NCBI GenBank assembly: GCA_051313645.2
Contig: JBNRSN020000016.1
Span: 3,348,001-3,412,000 of the forward strand
DNA from: Centroscyllium fabricii
Taxonomy: Eukaryota
Length of the DNA: 64,000 nt
Direction: 5' to 3'
Shown one piece after another: positions 13,791-24,589 of this stretch (its first letter is position 1; each line of letters opens with the position of its first letter). The notes beneath the pieces are model-generated. The model saw only the letters and a program-made list of their open reading frames with translations. It was not told the DNA's origin and made no database searches. The translations under genes and the position numbers were made by a program.

Positions 13791-13809
13791 TGGGATTTGA
13801 GATGAGCTG

Positions 13810-14172
13810 AATGGACGTCGAGTACCGTCTACAAGATGCACTGCAGCAACTCGCCAAGGCTACTTCAGCAGCACCTCCCAAACCCGCAATCTTTTACCAC
13901 CGAGAAGGACAAGGGCAGCAGGCACATGGGAACACCACCAACTGCAAGTTCCCCTCCAAGAGTCTCTCACTATTCTGATTTGAAAGTGTATTGCCGTTCC
14001 TTCATCGTTGCTGGGTCAAAATCCTGGAACTCCCTTCCTAACAGCACTGTGGTAGTAACTTCAACATATGGACTGCAGCGGTTCAAGAAGGCGGCTCACC
14101 ACCTTCTCGAGGGCAACTGGGGATGGGCAATAAATGCTGGTCTTGCCAGTGATGCCCAGATCCCATGAACAA
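13810..14172 (+). mobile_element. Non-LTR retrotransposon 3' fragment (CR1/L2 group)
   Basis: SF....KSWNSLP..V......LQRFK....HL C-terminal motif, then a ggcaataaatgc...gcc 3' end. A similar short tail occurs at ~32095-32150. Confidence 0.6.
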
Positions 14173-15739
14173 ATTTTTTTTTTTTTTTTTTAAAGTGAAA
14201 CCCCAACTGGGCTTGACTGTGATGCTCTCCACACTTGAATCACCTGCTGACGTTCACCTTTCTAGGCTCAGACTTAAACAATTTGCCACTTGAGCTAAAC
14301 ATTTATATAAAAAACAGTGTTCTCCAGTGCTGCAGCCATCTCTTGTCTTGGTGACAGTTCTTCAGTAATACTTGGTCAAAGTTCTCCACATGGGACTTGA
14401 GTCTCAAAGGTACGTAAACGGACTGGAATTGAAGCAAAGCCAATATATACGTGGAGCTTGGTTTAAAACTCCGACTTCGGAGTTGGTGGAATCTTGCACA
14501 AGGCAGAACCTTGATTCCAGAGGACAAGTATAATAATGGCACCTGGAGAGCTTCTGATTTGCTGTTGTCAGTTTGTGGTTCTTGGATTGTTCACTTTCTT
14601 TAGTGATGGTCAGGGTCATGTCATTGGTCCTACATTGTATAAAACTGCACCTGTTTTGAAAGGATATGTATTAAACCAAGGATTTTTATTTCCATTTCCT
14701 TTCCCTCTTTACCATTCCACAGTTGCAGTGACCCTAGAATACCTTGCCCAAGTGGTCGTTGAGTGTATTGGAACCGAGGTGGTGAATGGTGCCAGGCTGC
14801 TTGATCATTGAGAGCCTCACAGCCAAACCCAATCCTGTTCTCGCCCATTTACAGGCATCAACCTGGATTGTGATCGCAGTAGAAATCCTGGCTGAGTTGT
14901 TGTTCCCACCCTCCACAAACCACTGGGGCCATTCCCCCCACTGCTGCTCTGGCTGAATTTATTTGGCTAACTGATGAATCGAAGCTGGGATGCTTTGGTC
15001 TGTGTGGCCTCGCTTGTGTAGTGCCTTTACTTACGATGCTGTCCTAATCCTAGATCTGAGCTAATCCACGGATATTCGCCATAGCAACCTCCCGTCATTG
15101 CTTTGAGCAGTGATTTCTATAGGAGCAAGGCCAGCTGGTGTGCCTCGATACTCTCATACCATGAGGATGGGGCTGTCTTTGACCTCCAGTTCCTAGTGAG
15201 CTATATTTGAAGAACAATTCTCTCCAGAAGCTATTTTCTTTTTGCAAATGACCAGTGGAATGGATTCCATACAGAGCATGCACAGAATGACTTGGACATG
15301 TTTCAGATTATTCAGCTTTCTCCAAGGCCGTATCTCGAGTAGGTTAATCGGAAAAGCTTCTTTAAGTAGTCCTTATGGTAAAGAGGATTTGCATTTTGTG
15401 GTGCCTCTTCTGAGTACAAGTGCTCCCTCCCATCAGAATTTCTGTAGTATCTGAAGAGTAATTAATGGGAATTGAGACGCCCTACCTCACGGGATCTTCA
15501 TTCTACAAATAAAAGCATCCTCTGTATGCCGCATGGGCCCAACTGACTCCTGGCCCTTTGGGAGAAGTCTTTGCATATAAAATTGATGTGGGTGAGAGTA
15601 ATGGATTATTTTAAGAGTTTTTGTTTGGCTTGATAACGTCCAGGGAGGAACATAGTTCAGTTTGTGATGGCAACTTGAGATTCTCCAAATCTCTTAACCA
15701 GGTCATGGTTGTGATTCTCCCTGCTGGTAACGTGCAGGT

Positions 15740-15874
15740 CTCTCTCTTTCACCTGACGAAGGGGCAAAAGCTCCGAAAGCTTGTGATTTAAAATAAAACT
15801 GTTGGACTATAATCTGGTGTTGTGTGACTTCTTGCATTTGTCCACCCCAGTCCAACACCGACACCTCCACATCC
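15740..15874 (+). mobile_element. Penelope-like element terminal (pLTR) fragment with minimal hammerhead core
   Basis: tcac-CTGACGA-A-GGGGC-aaaa-GCTCC-GAAA-GCTT-gtga. The downstream sequence is shared with the GIY-YIG-bearing copy at 44416-45086. Confidence 0.8.
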
Positions 15875-15954
15875 TGGTAACCTGAGTTCACTCTTCCTAT
15901 TGTGTGGGGGATATTTCAGTTCAGTGTTTAGTTTTCTGACAGTCGTAGGTTAAT

Positions 15955-16360
15955 ATTGGGCCTATACTCTCTGGAGCTTAAAAAAATGAGAGGTGGAATC
16001 TTTTGATACATAAGATTCTGAGGGGGATTGACCGGGTAGATGCTGAGAAGTTGTTTCCCCCTGGCTGGAGAGTCTAGAACCAGGGGTCACAGTCTCAGGA
16101 TAAGGGGTTGGTCATTTAGGACTGAGATGAGGAGGAATTTCTTCACTGAGGATTGTGCATCTTTGGGATTATCTGCCCCAAAGGGCTGTGGATGCTGAAT
16201 TATTGAGTATATTCAAGACCGAGATAGCTACATTTTTGGATTTGAGGGGAATCGAGGGAAAGTGGAGTTGAGTTCGAAGATCAGCCGTGATCTCATTGAA
16301 TGGCGGAGCAGACTCGAGGGGCCGTATGGCCGACTCCTGCTCCTAATTCTTGTGTTCTTC
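15955..16360 (+). mobile_element. CR1 3' fragment
   Basis: Homologous to 1135-1378 plus the 5805-5980 tail. Similar fragments occur at 26735-27095(+), 28440-28870(-), 29787-30225(+), 32705-32960(+) and 41912-42180(-). Confidence 0.8.
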
Positions 16361-16550
16361 TTGAGTCTGGATGTGACCTTGGCAAACAGAATTTTTACAA
16401 TTGAATTAATAATTTGTTAAGCTTGTCTTGTGGGGTATGTTATGTTTTTTACTGTTTGTGTTGATGGATTTTGATGTGCCATGATGGCAGGATTTGTAAT
16501 CTTTTGCCTCTTTGACTTCTTCCCCTTGTTTTGTTCCTGAACACGAACAG

Positions 16551-16673
16551 GAGGTCCCTCGTCATCATTCAGCAGCAGCAAAACCAGCTTCGCATCACTT
16601 ACACAGACCAGCTCACTGGGTCCGACCATCAAACCTGATACGGGCTCACTGAAATTGCAGTTAGCTTTTCAGG
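16551..16673 (+). CDS. LSM14A: LSM14A exon 4
   Basis: Polypyrimidine tract, acceptor aacAG, donor GTaaac; 123 bp, phase 1->1, open frame. GPSSSFSSSKTSFASLTQTSSLGPTIKPDTGSLKLQLAFQ aligns loosely with human ...QDTRSLKTQLSQ. Confidence 0.8.
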
Positions 16674-16948
16674 GTAAACTCGGTAACATTTATAAAATAT
16701 ATATTAATATACTTTTGAAAACTTAAATGTAAAATTATGCAATTGAAAGGATGCAAAAAAAACTTGCATTTCTATAGCTCCTTTCACGACTTCAGGACGT
16801 CCTAAAGCGCTCTACAGCCAGTGAAGTAATTTTGAAATCTAGTTACTGTTGTAATGTGAGAGAGTTGAGGGAGAGGGCACCTATGAAAGTTTGCTATATA
16901 TACCCAACTGTACAATTTCCCTGTGCAGTGTCTGAAATGAGCAACATA

Positions 16949-17630
16949 CAAGTTGTGCACCGAAAATCCGTGTCCCGAAAAGCCGGCAGCTTCAGTCTGC
17001 CGGCACAAATTGCCCCGACTGCACTGCGCATGCGCAAGATGGCAGCCGCCATCGCTGCTTCGGCGAATGATCTGCGCATGCGCTGCTGAACGGGGAGCGC
17101 ATGCGCAGATCATTCAAAACGGCTGCCGGGTGTTTTGAATGATCTGCGCATGCGTCGCCGGACGACTAGCGCATGCGCAGATAATTCAATACGGCCGCCG
17201 GTTATTTTCTCGACAGCTGAGCCCCGTGACTGAGGCGGACAGTCACTAGGCAACAGCTGTCAGCCTGAGTCCGGCTCGGCGGCAGCAGCAACCCGAAAGG
17301 CGATGGAGAGGGAAGGCGGACCTACTGGGCCCGACCCGCGCCCGCACAACCCTCCTTCCCCCCCACTGCAAGACCGGCCTTTCACTGCTGCCCGACAGCC
17401 CTAAAAGGCAAACGGAACGCCACAAAAGCCTGAGCCCCTCAAAAAAAACTTCGGCGGCCATTATTGGTTGATCTGCGCATGCGCGCGCCAGCCAATCCCA
17501 ATGTTGTGCGCATGCGCGTGGCCATTTTGAATGGTGCGCATGCGCAGTGTCCAACTTCGTTCTCCCGGTTTTTTCAGTTTCCCGGCACGGGCCTGGTCCC
17601 GCCCGTGGCAGATTAATGGTGCACAACCTG
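16949..17630. mobile_element. Tc1/mariner-pogo-type MITE (TA TSD), CpG-rich
   Basis: TA|CAAGTTGTGCACC ... GGTGCACAACCTG|TA: 13-bp terminal inverted repeat with one mismatch; no coding capacity. Confidence 0.72.
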
Positions 17631-17969
17631 TATTATGAAAATGTATTGGGGGCCTCTCTGCTGCAGTGAACAGTATATTTCAATCACGTCCCATACTCGC
17701 ACTCTACCTCCTCCTGAAGGCTGTGACACACACTGGCTGTGGTTTCAAGGGCACCAAGCATCCTTCACTATCTTGCCCAATTGGTGGTGGTTCTTGTGCG
17801 TGACAAGGCAGTCGGTGTCATCAGGCACTTCATTCCCGAGGGACATCGGAGCCAAGCCTGATCTCCTCCTCCTGGGCCCTCACTTTATAGCGGGATTGAA
17901 ATTGGGAATGGGAACCCTGCCTGATTTTGTTTTTCCACTCCTGCCTAGCCTAAAGACTCCAAGGTCAAA

Positions 17970-18351
17970 AACATAGAAACATAGAAGATTGGAGCAGGAG
18001 TCGGCCCTTCGAGCCTGCTCCACCATTCAATGAGATCATGGCTGATCATCCAAACTCAGCACCCCGCCCCTGCCCTCCCCATATCCCTCGCTCCCACACC
18101 GATACATATCCCACCCTATCCCCGTAACCCCACATATTCAATCCCCCTAACACGAAGGGTCAATTTATCCTGGCCAATCAACCTAACCCGCACATCTTTG
18201 GACTGTGGGAGGAAACCGGAGCACCCGGAGGAAACCCACGCAGACACGGGGAGAATGTGCAAACTCCACACAGATAGTACCCGAGGCTGGATTTGAACCC
18301 GGGTCTCCAGTGCTGTGAGGCAACAGTGCTAACCACTATGCCACCGTGCCG
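17970..18351 (-). mobile_element. V-domain (HE1-like) SINE
   Basis: Near-identical to the 8285-8677 and 34055-34442 copies. Confidence 0.85.
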
Positions 18352-18789
18352 TGAAAGCAGTGCCCCGACTGAAATTAGCTAACCCACTACAGACAGAGCA
18401 TCAAATATGGGAGCTTCTAGGTTTGTAAGATCTGAGTAACCCTTGAACCAGTACACATACCAACTGACCCATTGCAGGAAGAACCCCAATCCTGTTATTT
18501 ATTTTAGTGAAGTTCATTTATTGCGGGTGGTTGAGGTGGATTGACCCTTGAGGTTCCATTTCGAGCGAGTCTCCATAATAGCAGTTGGCTGTGCCATTAT
18601 TATATTTTCACAGTTAAACTTCAACAGCTCTGACTCGGACATTTAGCTCAGCAGATCAACTAGACAATGGGACTTCTGAAATTGTGACCAAACGGGAGTC
18701 TTGTGTAATGCGCCAAAGTGTGCATACCTAAATATGTCCACTGCAGGACTAGTGTAGGCCGACACCTCAGCGCAGTGCCTCTTCCTGCT

Positions 18790-19375
18790 CCCACACCAGG
18801 ACCCCTGGTGTCCCCCAAGATTCTATCCTTGGCTGCCTCCTATTTCTCATTAACACACTGCCCCTTGGCAGCGACATCGAATAGCATATTAGGTTCCACG
18901 TGTTCGCTGCCGACACCCTGCTTTACCTCGCCATCACCTCTCTTCACCCCTCCACTGTCTTTGATTTTGTCACACTGCTTGTCCGACATCCAGTATTGGA
19001 TGAGCAGAAATTTCCTCCAGTTAAATATTTGGAAGACCAAAGCCATTGTCTTCTGTCCTGGCCGCAAACTCCATTTCCTGGCCACTGTCTGAGGCTGAAC
19101 CAGACTGTTTGCAACCTCGGCGTCCTGTTTGACCCTGAACTGAACTTATGACCACACATCCTCTCCATCACCAAGAATACCTCCTTCCACCTCTAATATT
19201 GACTGTCTCCGCCCCTGCCTCTGCTCATCTGCTGTTGGAACTCTCATCCATGCTTTCGGCACCTCCAGACTCCACTATTCAAATGCTCGCCTGGCCGGCG
19301 GCCTCCCATCTTCCACTCCCTGTAAACTTCAGCTCATCCAAAACTCCGCTACTCGTATCGTAACTTGCACCAAGC
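18790..19375 (+). mobile_element. Degenerate L2 LINE RT fragment
   Basis: ggtgtcccccaagattctatccttgg (GVPQ.S.LG), FAADT.LY and CLSDIQYWMSRNFLQLN..KT remnants. Confidence 0.8.
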
Positions 19376-19988
19376 AGGCAGACAGGACTTGAGTTTAATG
19401 TCTCATCTGAAGGACAACATTTCCAACAATACGGCAGCAGAGAGTTTCAGCCTAGATTGTGTACTGAAGTCCGAAGGGGGGGTGGGGGGTTAACCCACAA
19501 ACACCTTAAAGTCCGACCAAATGAGCCTAACTTTCACCATAACTTTGCAGGCGACAAAGATCTTGAAATTGTTTCATTGGGTTTTCTTGTCCATCCTCTC
19601 ACTGTTCCCTTGTGTTAACAGCGCTTTCCTGAAAGTGGTATAAGTTGGACACTGTCAGCAGAGGGTAGGGCAGGATATGGGTTCTTGGGCAGAGGGAGTG
19701 AAAATCTTCACAAGCCATTCTGGGCCATTGAGGTGTCGCCTCATCACCAGTTAGAGGGGCAGAGGCTTGAGAAGCTGTCTGCTCACTTCAGGAGCTGTCT
19801 GGGCAGGGGGAGAAGGCTTGAAGGTGAATAAAACTCAATGTATTGTTGGAAGTTGTTGTCATCCTGGAACTTTGCATACTAACCCTCTGGTTAGCTGTTC
19901 TCTATTTTAACTACAAGCGTTTGCAGTGTGCAGTCTGTCCGTGTGTCTGGATGTCTTTAATGCAGGTGTTTGGTGTATTCTTTTTCAG

Positions 19989-20153
19989 GCCGATCAAGTC
20001 CAAAACTGGATCCCTTGAGGAAAAGTCCGACTATGGAACAAGCGGTGCAGACCAATACTCCTCAGGCCCCTGTCGGCAGGAGGAGCCCCATGCCAGCCAG
20101 ACCTCTGCCATCAGTTCATCAGAAGCCAGTGGAGTCTCACGATGCAAGAAAAG
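19989..20153 (+). CDS. LSM14A: LSM14A exon 5
   Basis: Acceptor tttcAG and donor GTaaga; 165 bp. [21 protein letters not shown]...VGRRSP contains the conserved [10 protein letters not shown] motif. Confidence 0.94.
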
Positions 20154-21968
20154 GTAAGAATTCAGTTGATGTCGATTCACAGTTCCAGTCTGAACCAAAC
20201 GATTTGTCCCAATTCTCACTTGTGCTCGAGTGGACGCTGGTGTCTCATTTGCCTGATTGGAGATGCGCATAAATCTAGCGTCCAGCTGCTTTATTACAGC
20301 GCAACCTACAGTACAGGTGGTGTGAGGGTTTAGCTGCTGTGAACGGCACACCATTAATGAAGCGGTTCCGATTCACTGATCACCAGCAGTGCGCGAGTAA
20401 TAAGTGCATACGTTTCTGCACTTGTTTGAAAGTTAGGAACGGTTGCTTTTGTTTCTGGCCACGGATAGATCTGCCACAGCGAATGGGAGGGTCTGTACGG
20501 AGTCAGAGTCCTCGGCCGATTGCAATCTGTGCTGCTTTTTGAACTGTTTTATATTTGTTCCTGGTAGTGCTGCCGCCTCTGGTGAATCCAGGAAAGCCAC
20601 TTTTTGAGATGGTCCTCCGCTCCTCTAGGGGGCAGTCGTGTTGCTGCCATCACATCGTAGGGCTGTTACGAACATTGATGCTGTAATGGGATTTAATCAG
20701 ACGAGCGCCCTTTTATCTGTCTAAATGTATTTGCCTGTGCCTCTCTGGCGAGAGAATCAGCATCTACAACCTGCTCTGACCTCGTCTGGGGAGGAGAAGT
20801 GGGGGTGAGCTTCAGATCACAACCTTAACATAATCCCTCCCACCAAGCTTGACACAGCGACATGAAAATTTGTCAATAGTCCCCTGTACTCGTGTTTCAG
20901 TGGTTGGTTCCACGCTGTCCGTACCCATCTGTCAATCAGCTCCGTATGCAGCAGACAATAGCTGATGCTTCAAAGAACTAGATTCAAAGGCACTGGTGGA
21001 AAGTGAGTTCATTGGATGCCCTCCTGAAAGTTGTGTTTAAAAAGAAGTACTTTTTGCCCAATTGCTCTGAAGCCACAGATGCGATAGAGGGAAGTGTAGA
21101 AACCCCAAGCATTCATTGGGAATGATTCGGCAGAAGGCTTGGAACATCCGGTGACAAATAATTGAAAAGGAGCTTAATGTTACAGAAGTTAGTACTGCAA
21201 GTACCGTGTGTTATGAATTTATTCTGAGATGCGGGCTAACGCACAGTTTAGATTCAGCACCGGGTGTGTTGTAAAGTTCAAAGCATATGTGTAACGAATT
21301 TATGGCTTAGTTTGGCAATGGCGTGTCAAAGTTACTGGTATCTCGGGGAAAGTGTGCGTACACAACTGGTGAAAGTTTATCTTCGCTTCTATTGATAAGT
21401 GAGGGCCTTTACATTCCAGTGAGAATGAAGTATATGTGGTGCAATATCACCACCTACTGATGCAGTAGCAAATAACACACATAGATCATATTAAAATAAT
21501 CTCACAATTCATAGGTTCAGAGCAAGTCATTTGGCGTTGCTTAGAAATTGTTCCTATATAAATATGGACCAATTTCAATCGTTATTTGATATTCATTGAG
21601 AACTCGCCTGGATAGAAGATTGCAGTCGCCGATGAGTATGCTACTTGTGAGTATATAGACCTGTTTATGATTTCTGCTGATATTAATTAAACCCAACAAG
21701 TTAATTTATCTCTGGTGTCTGAAGCCACATCATTTAGATTTATCGCGATCTATCCAACATTGACCTGTAGTGTATTTCCAGTGTTGTCTGTTCTACCAGT
21801 TTTGAGGGTTTATTCCCCAAATTTTAATGCGGTAACCATCTTGTGTAGGATTTTCTGAGATCAGTACTTGAGTGCTTCAGTACTGAAATGTTGGTCCCAA
21901 GAAAGACTTGAAAAATAACGTTGGCATAAGCAGAGACAGCATTATTTATTGCACTTCTTTTTAATTAG

Positions 21969-22049
21969 TTTTTGAATCACACAAAGGTCTGCGGCCAGAG
22001 AGTGATCACTTTAAGAATGAAATCCGGGAACCAAACAGGAGGCCATCAG
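21969..22049 (+). CDS. LSM14A: LSM14A exon 6
   Basis: Acceptor ttaattAG and donor GTacgt; 81 bp, phase 1->1. FESHKGLRPESDHFKNEIREPNRRPS resembles human [20 protein letters not shown]. Confidence 0.78.
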
Positions 22050-22136
22050 GTACGTGACTTGCTTAACATCCAAATGTAACAGTTTCTTTGTTCTGTGCAC
22101 TGCTGGTAAAGTTTATGTAGGTGTGGTGTTCAGTCT

Positions 22137-22539
22137 GGCGGCACGGTGGCACAGTGGTTGGCACTGTTGCCTCACAGCACTGGAGACCCTGGTTCAAATC
22201 CAGCCTCGGGTACTATCTGTGTGGAGTTTGCACATTCTCCCCGTGTCTGCGTGGGTTTCCTCCGGGTGATCGGGTTTCCTCCCACAGTCCAAAGATGTGC
22301 AGGTTAGGTTGATTGGACAGGTTAAATTGACCCTTAGTGTTAGGGGGATTGAATATGTGGGGTTACCGGGATGGGGTGGGATATGCGTCGGTGCAGGCTC
22401 GATAGGGATCGAGGGATATGGGGAGAGGGCAGGGGCGGGATACTGGGTTTGGATGATCAGTCATGATCTCATTGAATGGCGGAGCAGGCTCGAAGGGCCG
22501 AATGGCCGACTCCTGCTCCTATCTTCTATGTTTCTATGT
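22137..22539 (+). mobile_element. V-domain (HE1-like) SINE, full length
   Basis: A box tggcacagtgg, B box ggttcaaatcc, V-core and CR1-type tail ...cttctatgtttctatg. Confidence 0.88.
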
Positions 22540-23208
22540 CTGGCTGCAATCGAGGAGACCAATGGAGCTGGGCAGCAAATGGAAATACTGTGGTACCCAC
22601 ACTCAGCTTCTTGGGGCTCCTTTACTTCTGGGATCTTTGAAGATATCTCGTGCAAGTGTACTGTAACAGCCTAGGTTCTTGCATCAGTGCTATGCCTCAC
22701 ATTGAATATCCTTGCATCCCAGGCCAGTGTTCCACAGACCAAAGTATTGTGTGTCTGGTTATGAACCTGTGTCGCCCATGAAAATGTTGTTACAGTGGGA
22801 GTGTGTCGCATTTTGAATCTAGCGGCGGCTTCTATTTAAATAACACAATTAACTTTTTTTTAAATAAGGTGTTACAGATATGGGTATCTGGAAACATATT
22901 TGGCCCAAGAAAGAATCGATCAGGCGGGATGATGACCTGATGCTTGCTGAACAGATGGGTTTTGAGGGAGTTTTAAAAGGAGGGGTGAGAGAGCAGGGAG
23001 GTTTTGTAGCCAAAGGATTTTTGCCCCAACTATTTCAGTTGGAAGCCTTGTAAGTGGCCACCTGTTTATAGTCTAAACCATTTCTCATTAATGTCTGTTC
23101 CTGTCTACAAAACGTCAAGCACCAGTGGGTTTTATTAAAATTAAAACCACTCCTTTCTTGAGCCAGAAACCAAATGTTACATTTGGACAAGTGATCAAGA
23201 GCCATGCG

Positions 23209-23370
23209 CAATGTTCCCTCTAATTTTATTTTCGTGCACAGTCCCTTTTAACTGGCTGCGCAGCCCAATCAAATTTCCGCGCATGCGTGGTCTCCTCCAT
23301 ACAAAGGCCAATGCGTGGCCTGCGCCGGACCTCCAGATCACGGTGGCCGCTCAGGTTAGCGGGAAAGTTG
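23209..23370. mobile_element. Short hAT-like MITE
   Basis: Imperfect TIRs CAATGTTCCCTCTAA ... TTAGCGGGAAAGTTG, flanked by GCCATGCG / GCCATGAG (8-bp TSD, one mismatch). Confidence 0.6.
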
Positions 23371-24589
23371 GCCATGAGGCCAGCAACGGTTTGGATCAGG
23401 GATCGACATTTTAATGCTAACTGACCAGCAGACCAGTTGGGGCCATTAATCCTGCTGACTCGGGCTGATCACAGTCGCCTCCACATACCATCGTGTCCCA
23501 AGGGAATTCCAGTTTTCCTTCAGTCTCCGTGATCTGCGTCACTTCAATCACAGTCAGACTCTCCAGTGACTAATGGCTCATCTCTGAAATCTACTTTGGT
23601 TTTGAAATGGTGGTTTTTGTTAATTGTGGTTTTGTAAGATTTGATTTTCATAAAATTATTGGTCGCATAAATGTAATTATCCCTTTTTTAAAAAAAATTT
23701 AAAAGTTGACTCGAAGCTTTGATCATAGGAAATTGGTCTTTTCAAGAAGTTATTAATGGTGATGAGGGGCTAGTTGATGGGATAAGCAGGAGGTGCAGTG
23801 AGGTGCCAAGAACAAGATACATTTTGAAAATCACAAGAAGCAGTGACTGGGGATGGGGAAAAATGAACTTGTTGAGATTACTCACAAGCTGGCAAAAAGA
23901 ATGTTCCAGTCTGAGTAACCTCGGAACTGCGGGATGGTTTCGAGCTGTTGTTGGATTGTTGGCTCCTGATCACTTGTCCAAATCTAACATTTGGTTGCTT
24001 GCGCAAGAAAGAAGTGGTTTTAATTTGGGCAAAAAAAACCACTGGTGCTTGATGCGTGCATCCTGCTTATTTTAATAAATTGCCAAATCGTAACTTGGGG
24101 CGGGGGGGAGTCTTGCCGCTGTGTCCTGGACTTAACTGCCAGCTTCATGAATGAGGCATTTCAAAAACCTATTAATCAGTTTTGTTGCCATGCCCTGCAT
24201 GGTGTGTTTTTCCTTTCCTTTATGAAGGTATTTTTCATTAAATAAACTTTCTTTGTTTTTGAAAGCATTTTCTTCAGCAACTTATTAAAAATAAACAACT
24301 TGAGCACCTCCTTTCCCTTGCTGAAGGGATTTCAGCCCCTGCTGCAGTACGGGTTTGACGGGCAGTGATCACTCGGGTGTCTGGTGCTGGTGTACGGGTG
24401 TCGGGTGGCTCGGAGCCCAGCCTCATTCTGACCTCATTCAACGTCGGCACTTCGAGCAGGAGTCACTGCAGTCATCGGGAGCGGGAAGCCTGGCTTCCTC
24501 CTTTTAATTTGGTGGTTACCCGCCACGTAGGTTTCCCTTGTTCCCAAGCTGCTCTGTTCATGTCACTGACTGGGAGGTGGCCTTTGCAT

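Noticed and set aside
22137-22210. tRNA gene candidates at SINE heads (also ~34653, ~32245, ~42455)
   Set aside because: The A/B boxes continue into SINE bodies, with no complete cloverleaf or Pol III terminator.
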